Assembly: GCF_021054785.1 (NCBI RefSeq) | Contig: NZ_CP088239.1 | Location: forward strand, 1,200,001-1,232,000 | Origin: Tannockella kyphosi | Lineage (GTDB): Bacteria > Bacillota_I > Bacilli_A > Erysipelotrichales > Coprobacillaceae | Length of the DNA stretch: 32,000 nucleotides | Direction of reading: 5' to 3' | Part shown: positions 1 through 8,394 of the stretch, piece after piece | Position numbering within the stretch: position 1 is the stretch's first letter | Layout: every line of letters starts with the position of its first letter | Program-made: the position numbers and the translations under genes | Notes under the pieces: generated by a model | The model's input: the letters and a program-made list of their open reading frames with translations, nothing else | What the model was told of the DNA's origin: nothing | Databases searched by the model: none

Positions 1-1450
1 AAGGTTCCAAACGAACATATGCTTCTGAACAGTCTTCACCAACATCACAGTTACCATGTAAACCGACACCAACACCACGTACTTTTGAACCATTTACAGA
101 AGTTGGTTTATACCATCCTTTGAATTTGTCAGCCCACTCAAATTTTTGTGCTGCTTGAGTCATAGCTGGACGATAGTCTGCATATTTACATACCCAGTTA
201 GTACCATCTCTCCAAGTATATGGATCTCCTTCTTTTACAAAGTTGTTTTTATAAAATTCTACAGGATCTAAATCAAGTTTGGCTGCACATTGTGAAATAA
301 TAGGCATTAACGCTGATTTTAATTCTTGTCCACCAAATCCACGAACTACCCCTGCAGGTTCTTTGTTTGTATAATAAATATCTGCTTTAAAGTCCCAGTT
401 TTTACACTTAGCACATACTAATTGCATTTCTCCTAGACCTACACCCATTTGTGCTTGTCCAATATCATTACAACTTCCTGTGTCAATCATCCAGTTCCCT
501 TGCATTGCATGAACTAAACCATCTTTAATACCAACCTTCAAAGTCATATGAGAACCTAAACGAGTTTCATAAGCTAATAATTGTTCTGATTTCGTATAAA
601 TGAATTTTACAGGTCTATTTGTTACTAACGCTAATGCGGATGCATGCATACACATACAAGTAATGTGATTTTTATTACCATAAGAACCACCTACGTTGAA
701 ACTTTCAGAACGTACAATAACATCTGGCATTTTTGTTGATAATTGAATTCTAAGTAAGTTTGGACTTTGACTAGAAGCTCTAATATATAAGTTTCCTGGT
801 TCTGTCCATTGTGCTAATACTGCAGGTGTTTCCGGAGCTAATGGTGCATGAGATGCACTATATGATGCAGTTCCTTCTACAACAGCGTCACATTCTTCAA
901 ACGCTGATTCTACATCACCTTTATCAATATGTTTAAACTCTACCCCATGTTCTCCTAATGGAAACCCTGGTAATCCAATCCCATAAGGAACTTTGTTTCC
1001 AGGAATATGATCATAAAATTGAATTGCATCTGGTTGTGATGATTCCATCGGTGTATAATATGGTTTTAATATTTCATATTCTACCTTAATTAATTTTAAT
1101 GCTTCTTCCGCAATTTCAGGAGTTTCCGCAGCAACGGTTGCAACTGGATCCCCTACATAACGAAGTCTACGATCAAAAATTGGTTTATGATATGGAAATC
1201 CTAAAGACCATTCTTTACATTCTTCTGGTAAGTTTTCCAAACATAAAACAGCTTTAACCCCATCCACTTTTTGTGCTTCACTAATATCAATACTTACGAT
1301 ATTTGCATGAGGATGTGGACTTTTTAACATTTTTGTATATAACTGACGAGGTAAGTTATAGTCATCTAGAAAAGTTGCTCTACCTGTTACGATATCTCTT
1401 GCTTCTCTTCTTGGTGTGTTCTTACCGACATAACGATAATCTGGTTTCAT
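1..1450 (-). CDS. xanthine dehydrogenase / aldehyde oxidoreductase family, molybdopterin-binding large subunit (N-terminal ~483 aa; 3' end runs off the window)
   Basis: Absent from the ORF track because it runs off the edge. My translation from the ATG at 1450 reads MKPDYRYVGKNTPRREARDIVTGRATFLDDY... and contains NVGGSYGNK and VRGFGGQE, which resemble family motifs. The ATG overlaps the TAA of the upstream 2Fe-2S gene (TAATG). Confidence 0.8.
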   Translation of the reverse strand, partial: MKPDYRYVGKNTPRREARDIVTGRATFLDDYNLPRQLYTKMLKSPHPHANIVSIDISEAQKVDGVKAVLCLENLPEECKEWSLGFPYHKPIFDRRLRYVGDPVATVAAETPEIAEEALKLIKVEYEILKPYYTPMESSQPDAIQFYDHIPGNKVPYGIGLPGFPLGEHGVEFKHIDKGDVESAFEECDAVVEGTASYSASHAPLAPETPAVLAQWTEPGNLYIRASSQSPNLLRIQLSTKMPDVIVRSESFNVGGSYGNKNHITCMCMHASALALVTNRPVKFIYTKSEQLLAYETRLGSHMTLKVGIKDGLVHAMQGNWMIDTGSCNDIGQAQMGVGLGEMQLVCAKCKNWDFKADIYYTNKEPAGVVRGFGGQELKSALMPIISQCAAKLDLDPVEFYKNNFVKEGDPYTWRDGTNWVCKYADYRPAMTQAAQKFEWADKFKGWYKPTSVNGSKVRGVGVGLHGNCDVGEDCSEAYVRLEP

Positions 1451-1956
1451 TATTCTTCGCCTCCTGAATTTTCAGCTACATATTTTACTGCATCAATAAC
1501 ATGATATTGGCTAATACAACGACAATAATTTCCTGATAAGCCTTCTTTGATTTCATCATCATTTGGATGTGGATTTTTATTTAATAACGCTTTTGCTGCC
1601 ATGATAATACCTGGTGTACAAAAACCACATTGAAATGCATAATAATCAATAAATGCTTGTTGTAAAGGATCTAGTTCACCAGTTACTGGATCTTCTAATC
1701 CTTCAATTGTAACGATAGAACTTCCATCACAATCTAAAGTAAGTGTGTTACAAGAAGTAATTGCATCACCATCCATAATAACAGTACAGCAACCACATGC
1801 TCCTTCCCCACAAGACTCTTTTGAGCCAGTTAATCCGATTCGTTCACGTAATGTAAACGATAATGTTTCAGAACATGCCACTTGGCCGTGTCCATCTCCT
1901 ACTGAGAAAGCATATTCTTTTCCATTAACAATAATACTAATCATACTTGCTTCCAT
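1450..1956 (-). CDS. (2Fe-2S)-binding small subunit of a xanthine dehydrogenase family enzyme (CoxS-like)
   Basis: 168 aa with two Cys clusters, CGEGACGCCTV and FQCGFCTPG...CRC. AGGAGG RBS lies upstream of the ATG. Translationally coupled to the Mo subunit gene. Confidence 0.85.
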   Translation of the reverse strand: MEASMISIIVNGKEYAFSVGDGHGQVACSETLSFTLRERIGLTGSKESCGEGACGCCTVIMDGDAITSCNTLTLDCDGSSIVTIEGLEDPVTGELDPLQQAFIDYYAFQCGFCTPGIIMAAKALLNKNPHPNDDEIKEGLSGNYCRCISQYHVIDAVKYVAENSGGEE

Positions 1957-2020
1957 TTTTCCTCCTATCCTTTTGGTTATACCAAAACTGAAACCCCTTT
2001 CGAAATGATTTTACAACAAA

Positions 2021-2049
2021 ATTATACAATAGCAAAAAGCACAAAGCAA
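2021..2049 (-). promoter_or_regulatory. candidate sigma-A promoter of the 2Fe-2S/Mo-subunit operon (TTGCTT-17-TATAAT)
   Basis: On the minus strand, TTGCTT is at 2044-2049 and TATAAT at 2021-2026 with a 17-nt spacer, about 65 nt upstream of the ATG at 1956. Confidence 0.4.
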
Positions 2050-2054
2050 CAAAA

Positions 2055-2072
2055 ATCAAGCGTTCGCTTGAT
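2055..2072. repeat. perfect 8-2-8 inverted repeat ATCAAGCG-TT-CGCTTGAT
   Basis: Read directly from the sequence. It sits 5 nt upstream of the candidate -35. On the minus strand it is followed by TTTTGTT. Confidence 0.6.
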
Positions 2073-2168
2073 AATTTGTTAAAAAATTTACAAGGATTTA
2101 AAGTAATCATTGTAATTTTAGTTAAATTCTTAAAAGTGTTTATTTTATCTCGGTTTTTCAACGTATAT

Positions 2169-2186
2169 AGTTAGCTTTTGCTAACT
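2169..2186. repeat. 18-bp palindrome AGTTAGC-TTTT-GCTAACT (candidate operator, copy 1)
   Basis: Perfect 7-4-7 inverted repeat in the divergent intergenic region. Confidence 0.6.
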
Positions 2187-2202
2187 GTTTGCACTGTTTA
2201 CA

Positions 2203-2220
2203 AGTTAGTTATAGCTAACT
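2203..2220. repeat. 18-bp palindrome AGTTAGT-TATA-GCTAACT (candidate operator, copy 2)
   Basis: Same 7-4-7 geometry and half-sites as copy 1 with one mismatch. Centres are 34 bp apart. Confidence 0.55.
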
Positions 2221-2305
2221 TATTTGTGATAATTTCATCCCGTTTTATTCTCTGCTTTCAAGTTATTTCAATATCCTGTTTTCGCTTTGTTAAAATAAAT
2301 AGAAC

Positions 2306-2334
2306 TTGCTTTTCAAAAACAAATAATTTATGCT
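2306..2334 (+). promoter_or_regulatory. candidate promoter of moaC-mog (TTGCTT-17-TATGCT)
   Basis: Hexamers at 2306-2311 and 2329-2334, about 40 nt upstream of the moaC ATG. Weak -10. Confidence 0.3.
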
Positions 2335-2373
2335 TAAGTTAAGAAAAGTATTATTTATATGGGAGGATAAGAT

Positions 2374-2850
2374 ATGGATTTTACACATTTTGATAAAGAT
2401 GGTAAAGCAATTATGGTCGATGTTGGTCAAAAGGAAATAACTCAAAGAGAAGCAATTGCAGTTGGTCGTATTAGAGTAAATAAACAATGTTTTGAAACGA
2501 TTAAAAGTAAAGATAATAAAAAAGGAGATGTGCTAGGGGTTGCTCGTGTTGCAGGCATTATGGCAACTAAAAAAACATCTGACTTAATTCCTTTATGTCA
2601 TCCTTTACAAATAACGAAATCAACGATTGACTTTGAACTATTAGAAGAATCATCGGAAATTGAAGTAACTTGTTTAGTTCGTTGTGATGGCAAAACTGGT
2701 ATTGAAATGGAGGCATTAACAGGAGTGAATATTGCCCTATTAACTATTTATGATATGTGTAAAGCAGTTGATAAAACAATGATTATTCAATCTGTTTATT
2801 TAAAACGTAAAACAGGTGGAAAAAGCGGTATTATTGAAAATAATTTTTAG
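2374..2850 (+). CDS. moaC: cyclic pyranopterin monophosphate synthase MoaC
   Basis: 158 aa. [32 protein letters not shown] and GIEMEALT match my recollection of the MoaC family. GGGAGGA RBS. Confidence 0.9.
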   Translation: MDFTHFDKDGKAIMVDVGQKEITQREAIAVGRIRVNKQCFETIKSKDNKKGDVLGVARVAGIMATKKTSDLIPLCHPLQITKSTIDFELLEESSEIEVTCLVRCDGKTGIEMEALTGVNIALLTIYDMCKAVDKTMIIQSVYLKRKTGGKSGIIENNF

Positions 2851-2866
2851 AAAGATAGGTAAGCAT

Positions 2867-3385
2867 ATGAAACATCAAAAAGAAGAATTGCCATTTCGTG
2901 TTGCAATCATCACATTAAGTGATAAAGGATCAATTGGTCAACGAGTAGATGAAAGTGGTCCTGCTATTAAACAGGAAATGGAAAAACAAGGATATGTCGT
3001 AATAGAGGAAATGATCATTCCTGATGACCAACCTACAATTGAAAAAGAATTAATTCGTTGTAGTGATGAATTACAAGTAGATTTAATTTTAACAACAGGT
3101 GGAACTGGTTTTTCAAAACGTGATGTAACACCAGAAGCCACTTTAGCAATAGCCTCAAGAAATGCACCTGGTATTAGTGAAGCAATTCGTTATTATTCTT
3201 TACAAATTACTCCTCGAGCAATGCTTAGTCGTGGTGCTTCTGTTATTCGTAACAATACGTTAATCATTAATTTACCAGGTAGTCCTAAAGCAGTAAAAGA
3301 AAGTCTAAGTTTTATTATCCCATCCTTGCAACATGGTTTAGGAATTTTAAAAGGAAGCCAAGGTGAATGTGGTAGTAATCAATAA
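2867..3385 (+). CDS. mog: MogA/MoaB family molybdenum cofactor biosynthesis protein
   Basis: Motifs AIITLSDKGS and LILTTGGTGFSKRDVTPEAT, plus PGSPKA. Start moved to the ATG at 2867, because the ORF-track start at 2816 lies inside moaC. Confidence 0.85.
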   Translation: MKHQKEELPFRVAIITLSDKGSIGQRVDESGPAIKQEMEKQGYVVIEEMIIPDDQPTIEKELIRCSDELQVDLILTTGGTGFSKRDVTPEATLAIASRNAPGISEAIRYYSLQITPRAMLSRGASVIRNNTLIINLPGSPKAVKESLSFIIPSLQHGLGILKGSQGECGSNQ

Positions 3386-3416
3386 AAAAACGATGAATTA
3401 GATTTCATCGTTTTTT
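3385..3416. terminator. bidirectional rho-independent terminator between mog (+) and the major pilin gene (-)
   Basis: AAAAAACGATGAA-TTAGAT-TTCATCGTTTTTT. The 7-bp core stem is extended by a flanking A-run and T-run. Confidence 0.75.
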
Positions 3417-3419
3417 TAT

Positions 3420-3821
3420 TTAATTAACAACTGTTGATACAGTTGCTCCTGGCATTGTTACACACTGTGCTCCATTATCAAAATAATAATAGATGATTAA
3501 ACTACCATCAGATGCATCAAAGCTATATGTTGCATCATTTTCATCCACACCCGCATCACTACAAATTTGTGACCATTCATCTGCTAAAGCAGTCACTTGG
3601 TCTTCTCCCTCCATTGCAGCTAAATCAGCTTCAAATTGAGCAAATAATAATACGCTTCTAGCCTCCGCAATAGCAGCTGTTTCATTTGCTTCATCAATCA
3701 AACCTGTAAATGACGGTACCGCAATAGCAGCTAATATTAACAAAATCACCACTACTACCATCAACTCTATTAAAGTAAATCCTTTGTTATTTTTTAATGT
3801 TTTTTTAATTTGTTTAATCAT
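3420..3821 (-). CDS. type IV major pilin (prepilin-type N-terminal cleavage/methylation domain)
   Basis: N-terminus MIKQIKKTLKNNKG|FTLIELMVVVVILLILAAIAV has the class III signal with Gly-1, Phe+1 and Glu+5. GGAGGA RBS. Last gene of the pilus operon and has its own candidate promoter. Confidence 0.85.
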   Translation of the reverse strand: MIKQIKKTLKNNKGFTLIELMVVVVILLILAAIAVPSFTGLIDEANETAAIAEARSVLLFAQFEADLAAMEGEDQVTALADEWSQICSDAGVDENDATYSFDASDGSLIIYYYFDNGAQCVTMPGATVSTVVN

Positions 3822-3861
3822 GTTTTCCTCCGTTTACTTCTAGACAACATTATATGTAGCA

Positions 3862-3891
3862 ATTTTACACCAAATATCACTTTACTGTCAA
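3862..3891 (-). promoter_or_regulatory. candidate internal promoter for the major pilin gene (TTGACA-18-TAAAAT)
   Basis: On the minus strand, TTGACA is at 3886-3891 and TAAAAT at 3862-3867, inside the 97-nt gap before the pilin gene. Confidence 0.45.
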
Positions 3892-3918
3892 GAAAGTAAT
3901 CCTTTCTGCTTTTCACCG

Positions 3919-4404
3919 TTATTGATAATAAATAAATATTCCTCTACTCCCACTAACTTCTTCTACCATATTTAATATCCGAATAGAAATAGTACTCGTA
4001 TAGTCATTATCACCACTACACATAATTTCAATATCCACACAATCACTCGTAATCTTTATAAAAGTAACACTAATTTGTTGATCTTGAAAAGTACTACTAT
4101 TCGATACTATTTCATCATTTATAATTACTTGATTATCCGTTATTTTTAATACATTATAATCACTACTATATGTCCCTATATCTTGATCACTAATAATTAC
4201 TTCACTAGCATAACGAATTTCACTACTAATTACTTCTTCTAAATAATGAACAATACTAATTTGTGTATTGTAACTAATTTGGCTACTATATCGATTCATA
4301 ACTGCTGATAAAAATGTTATCGCTACAGCCCCAACAATAACAGTAATAAACATTGCCGTTAATAATTCCACCAAAGTCATTCCTTTATTATCTAATTTTA
4401 TCAT
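3919..4404 (-). CDS. minor pilin / pseudopilin (prepilin-type N-terminal domain)
   Basis: MIKLDNKG|MTLVELLTAMFITVIV has Gly-1 and Glu+5 followed by a hydrophobic helix. Confidence 0.75.
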   Translation of the reverse strand: MIKLDNKGMTLVELLTAMFITVIVGAVAITFLSAVMNRYSSQISYNTQISIVHYLEEVISSEIRYASEVIISDQDIGTYSSDYNVLKITDNQVIINDEIVSNSSTFQDQQISVTFIKITSDCVDIEIMCSGDNDYTSTISIRILNMVEEVSGSRGIFIYYQ

Positions 4405-4407
4405 ACC

Positions 4408-4719
4408 TTACTCCTGCTCTTTGAAAAACTCAAATAGTTTTTCTTCTTGGACATCATAAAGATAACTACCAGATAAAACAATCTCTTGTTGGTTATAAAC
4501 ATAGGAAATAGTCCCTGTCTTTTGTTCTAACACACCTTCTTCAAGCTGTTTAGCTTGTATTGCATTATACACATCCTGTACCCTTAATTCTTCATCTCTT
4601 GTATTTTGATAAAGATTCATACCAGCAAACAAAACTGTACCTAAAACAGCTGAAAGAATCCCTAAAATAAGCACTGCAACCATATTTTCAACTAACGTAC
4701 TTCCTCGCTGACTATCCAT
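4408..4719 (-). CDS. minor pilin / pseudopilin
   Basis: MDSQRG|STLVENMVAVLILGIL. Start set at the ATG at 4719 (GGGGG RBS 6 nt upstream) rather than the ORF-track start at 4785, which overlaps the previous gene. Confidence 0.7.
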   Translation of the reverse strand: MDSQRGSTLVENMVAVLILGILSAVLGTVLFAGMNLYQNTRDEELRVQDVYNAIQAKQLEEGVLEQKTGTISYVYNQQEIVLSGSYLYDVQEEKLFEFFKEQE

Positions 4720-4729
4720 TGCCATCCCC

Positions 4730-5233
4730 CTATTCCTGATAAGAATGGAAGTTATATAATCCATACATGACTCCCTCAACTTCATACACTTCCCAAACTA
4801 AAGAAGCTTTCACTGTTTCTTGATAACCTTGCCACTTCGTTGTAGACTCTACCATCACATACTCATCTTCTAAATAAATACAAACAGTCGTAATTCCACT
4901 TTGTAGATTACTATCATCAAAACAAACTTCACCTAACTCTATTTCTTGACCTTCTTGTAAATTCGCAACATCTATTACTAACGAAAGCCTAGCCTCACTT
5001 AATTCTTCACTGCCTTCTTGCAACAAAAGACTATCTTGTTCTAATTGAAAACTAATTGCACTTGCAATACTGAGAGAGGATAAATAGACTTGTTTTTCAT
5101 AATAATCATCATTACTACTAGAAATATAGGTAGCAAACATTGTTTGAAGACCTACCACAAAAATAGATACCACTAACAATACAACCATTACTGTCATTAA
5201 TGTAGAGCCTTGATTGTTTTTTAGCCTACTCAT
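4730..5233 (-). CDS. minor pilin-like protein lacking Glu+5
   Basis: MSRLKNNQG|STLMTVMVVLLVVSIFV has a prepilin-like leader and hydrophobic helix, but Thr at +5. Confidence 0.6.
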   Translation of the reverse strand: MSRLKNNQGSTLMTVMVVLLVVSIFVVGLQTMFATYISSSNDDYYEKQVYLSSLSIASAISFQLEQDSLLLQEGSEELSEARLSLVIDVANLQEGQEIELGEVCFDDSNLQSGITTVCIYLEDEYVMVESTTKWQGYQETVKASLVWEVYEVEGVMYGLYNFHSYQE

Positions 5234-5246
5234 TTCTTCACCTACT

Positions 5247-5786
5247 TTATTGTTCTGCTTTCATATATATTGTAAAACTAATCTCAAACTCATCATCACT
5301 AGCCATTGTTAAACTCGTTAATACAACATCACTTCTTTGATATAGTACTTCCACAAAATCAATAAAATCATCTCTATCCCCAGATAAAGTTAATTGGACA
5401 CTTTTAGCCATTGCTACAGCACTATTAATATCATAATCATCCGCATCATTATTGATTAGTGTAAAATTACTAACTGTTAAATAATGATCCACTAACATCT
5501 CACTTACTAAACGATCCACATCTTCATCTTGCATATAATCACCTATTAAAGTTTCTAAACTTGCAAGCTCAGAAAGATTATTTTGATAAGCAGCTTCTAA
5601 TGAAGTGATACTTGCAAATGAAAGTTGATAAGAATCTACTTCGATGGATAATTCTGTAACAAGTGCTTCTTTTTCTTGAATAGACTGAATAGTTGGTTCC
5701 AATAAGAAAGCATAACTACCAAAAATCAAACATAAAATAAAAGTAATATATACTAATTTCTTTTCTCTATTTGTCAAATTTATCAT
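5247..5786 (-). CDS. PilO-like pilus assembly protein (bitopic, N-terminal TM plus coiled coil)
   Basis: 179 aa with one N-terminal TM (LVYITFILCLIFGSYAFLL). Lies directly after pilMN. Its ATG overlaps the upstream TAA (TAATG). The call rests mostly on architecture and context. Confidence 0.5.
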   Translation of the reverse strand: MINLTNREKKLVYITFILCLIFGSYAFLLEPTIQSIQEKEALVTELSIEVDSYQLSFASITSLEAAYQNNLSELASLETLIGDYMQDEDVDRLVSEMLVDHYLTVSNFTLINNDADDYDINSAVAMAKSVQLTLSGDRDDFIDFVEVLYQRSDVVLTSLTMASDDEFEISFTIYMKAEQ

Positions 5787-7174
5787 TATTCACTATCCTC
5801 ACTTTCACTTACATCAAAAAAAGCTTGAATACTAAATGCATATTGACCACCATTACGACTATCAATACTATAACCATTATAATACAATCCATCACCATAA
5901 CTAGACTCTCTAAGCATTTGTGAATAAGCAGCAATATCATCTTGATTACTACTATATCCTTTCACTGTTAAAGTCGTTGTACTACTTGAATAAGCTATTG
6001 ATTCAATCTCTAAATCACTTATAATTAAGCGTAAAAAATCAGGATTCACTACTTGAAAAGCATTCACTAAATCACTTATCGTTGTATATTCATTTACTTG
6101 TAGTAATACATCATCATTATTTGTTTTTATTTGTTCTAATGATTGTATTACTTGCGAACTTTCATAACTAGTAATTTCTTGTTCTAAACTAACTATTTGT
6201 TTATCTAAAGAAGCTTCTTTCATCATCAAAGATGCAAATACTACCATAATAAGAGCAATAACACAGAAAGGAAAAGCTACTAAAAGAGTTTTATTGATTG
6301 TCTTTTTAGATATTTTTTCTTTTTTTATAACTGCTAGATTTATATCATCTTTATTTGTTAATAAACCAAGATTTGGATAAAAATATTCCATATCTTTTGT
6401 CTTTTTCTTCTTAATATCAATAGATAAACCATAATCATGAATATGTTGTTCTAACTGATTCATTGATTCATCTGATAAACCAACATAATAACTTTTTTGT
6501 AATTCATATTCTGTTTTTTTAGATTTACTAAATTGAATCATAGTAGATAACTTAGCATATAACTCACTAATATATTCTTTGGTGTCGACATCATTATGAA
6601 TACGACTACGATTCGATAATTGATAAATTCCATTTTCAAACAATACTGATATCATAGCATCTTGACTAACAATATTTAATAAGAATGTTTGGTCTTTTAA
6701 AGTATCACTCGCATTTACATATTTAACAATCCCATTAATAGCTACATCAATACGATCTATTTTTATATTCGCTTTATCAAATATTTCTATATAACGATTT
6801 AATAACTCTTTTGGAATAGCACAAGATAAAATAATATCTTCTTCTTTCGAGCTTTTAATAAAATTACGATCGTAATAATATTCAGTTGCTTCTCCCATAT
6901 CAAACTCTCTTTGAATTACTTCTAATAATTTACTTTTTGGTATTTTAGGTAATGATAATCTTTTCAATAAAACATTACTACTATCTATAACAATAGATGC
7001 TTTTGTAATAGTTGGCTTTATTGATTTTAATTGTTCAATAATTTCTTCACTATCTACAATGACCCCATTTAAAACAGTACCTTCTTTTAATAAGAGGGTT
7101 TGTTTTTGATATTGCTCACCACTTTGGCCAACAACTTGAATCTTATCATAATTTATATAAATTACTGTACTCAT
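5786..7174 (-). CDS. PilM-PilN fusion-like pilus assembly protein
   Basis: 462 aa: a ~290-aa cytoplasmic N-terminal part, one TM (LLVAFPFCVIALIMVVFASLMM) and a ~140-aa C-terminal part. Lies between pilC and the pilO-like gene. The call rests on architecture and context. Confidence 0.55.
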   Translation of the reverse strand: MSTVIYINYDKIQVVGQSGEQYQKQTLLLKEGTVLNGVIVDSEEIIEQLKSIKPTITKASIVIDSSNVLLKRLSLPKIPKSKLLEVIQREFDMGEATEYYYDRNFIKSSKEEDIILSCAIPKELLNRYIEIFDKANIKIDRIDVAINGIVKYVNASDTLKDQTFLLNIVSQDAMISVLFENGIYQLSNRSRIHNDVDTKEYISELYAKLSTMIQFSKSKKTEYELQKSYYVGLSDESMNQLEQHIHDYGLSIDIKKKKTKDMEYFYPNLGLLTNKDDINLAVIKKEKISKKTINKTLLVAFPFCVIALIMVVFASLMMKEASLDKQIVSLEQEITSYESSQVIQSLEQIKTNNDDVLLQVNEYTTISDLVNAFQVVNPDFLRLIISDLEIESIAYSSSTTTLTVKGYSSNQDDIAAYSQMLRESSYGDGLYYNGYSIDSRNGGQYAFSIQAFFDVSESEDSE

Positions 7175-7184
7175 ATTTCCCCTC

Positions 7185-8378
7185 CTATCCTATCATCGAA
7201 TACATATCAAACATTGGCAACATAACTGCAACTAGTATTGGTCCAATAATACCTGCCATAACAATAATCATTCCTGGTTCTATATAGGTTAATAACCTTT
7301 CAACTGCTAACTCTGATTCTAATTCATATTCACTAGCAATAGATAAAAGCATGCTATCTAACTTACCGCTTTCTTCTCCTACTAAAATAGAAGCAGATAA
7401 CTTCCCTTCCATTCCTTCTACATCACTTATCGCATAAGATAAAGGATGACCAGATTGGACATCTTTTATTACTAATTGGAATTGTTCTTCTAGATAATGG
7501 TTATTGATTGTTTTTGCACTCATCTCTAATGATTGAATCATTCCAATTCCACTACTATACAATGAGCTCATTGTTCTAGCAAAGCGTGCCGTATAGATAA
7601 TCGATAACAATCTTCCTACCCCTGGTATCTTTAGATGAAATCTATCTATCTTTTTAGCCAATGGACTCCATTGCCTAAGTGCAAGCATCGCTGTAATAAA
7701 TAAAATAATTAACAATATAACTACTGCCCAATAATTAACAAAGAAATTACTAATTCTTTGTAAGAATAACGTAAAACTATTTAATTCTGTTCCACTTTTT
7801 TCATACATTTCAAAAAATATAGGTAATACATATGTAAATAATGCTAGAACTACAAATACAACTACAAAAGCCAATATAATCGGATAAGCTAAAGCATTTT
7901 TTATTTTCCCTTTTGTTTTATACTCACTATCATAATATTTTGCCATCTTACTAGCAGCCCCGTCTAATTTTCCACTAGCCTCTCCAGCATGAAACATATG
8001 AATCATCATTTCTGGAAAAGATTGACCACAAGCATACATTGCTTGCGATAAAGTATTCCCTTGTGATATTTTTGCATATAAATAATCATATAATTCTTGA
8101 GAAGATTTTTTAGATGATTGTTGTTTGATAATTTGAACAGCCTTCATAACAGATATACCAGAAGCTTGCATGGTTGCTATTTGGCGTGAAAAATCAGCTA
8201 GTTCTTTTACTTTCAAACGTTTGAATTGTAATTTAGGAGAACTTTGTTCTTCTATATCAAAAGCATAAACTCCTTGTATTTTTAATGTTTCATACAAATC
8301 ATTAGGATTCGCTGCTTCTTTTATCCCTTTTATTTTCTTTTTCTTATTTGATACACCATTGTACTTATATATTGGCAT
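7185..8378 (-). CDS. pilC: type II secretion system F family platform protein (PilC)
   Basis: 397 aa, polytopic, with a duplicated GspF-type domain pattern (LSQAMYACGQSFPEMMIHMFHAGEASGKLD and LSYAISDVEGMEGKLSASILVGEESGKLD). Confidence 0.85.
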   Translation of the reverse strand: MPIYKYNGVSNKKKKIKGIKEAANPNDLYETLKIQGVYAFDIEEQSSPKLQFKRLKVKELADFSRQIATMQASGISVMKAVQIIKQQSSKKSSQELYDYLYAKISQGNTLSQAMYACGQSFPEMMIHMFHAGEASGKLDGAASKMAKYYDSEYKTKGKIKNALAYPIILAFVVVFVVLALFTYVLPIFFEMYEKSGTELNSFTLFLQRISNFFVNYWAVVILLIILFITAMLALRQWSPLAKKIDRFHLKIPGVGRLLSIIYTARFARTMSSLYSSGIGMIQSLEMSAKTINNHYLEEQFQLVIKDVQSGHPLSYAISDVEGMEGKLSASILVGEESGKLDSMLLSIASEYELESELAVERLLTYIEPGMIIVMAGIIGPILVAVMLPMFDMYSMIG

Positions 8379-8394
8379 AAAACAATCTCCCTTT

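Noticed and set aside
2169-2221. Reading the two AGTTAGC/GCTAACT hairpins as a 1:2/2:3/3:4 transcription attenuator.
   Set aside because: The four arms could pair alternatively. However, neither hairpin is followed by a U-run on either strand, and no upstream promoter or leader peptide is evident.
1957-2373. Moco riboswitch upstream of moaC or of the molybdoenzyme operon.
   Set aside because: The predicted leaders are short (about 40 and 65 nt), and I do not see the conserved Moco-motif helices. The palindromes are better explained as DNA operators.
1937-2487. Minus-strand ORFs 1937-2161 (74 aa) and 2290-2487 (65 aa) in and around the divergent intergenic region.
   Set aside because: They overlap the start of the 2Fe-2S gene or of moaC and the promoter region. 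They have no RBS, and their sequences look like translated AT-rich spacer.
2816-2866. ORF-track start at 2816 for the mog gene.
   Set aside because: This extension overlaps the end of moaC and encodes an implausible N-terminus. The ATG at 2867 gives MKHQKEELPFRVAIITLSDKGS, consistent with the family.
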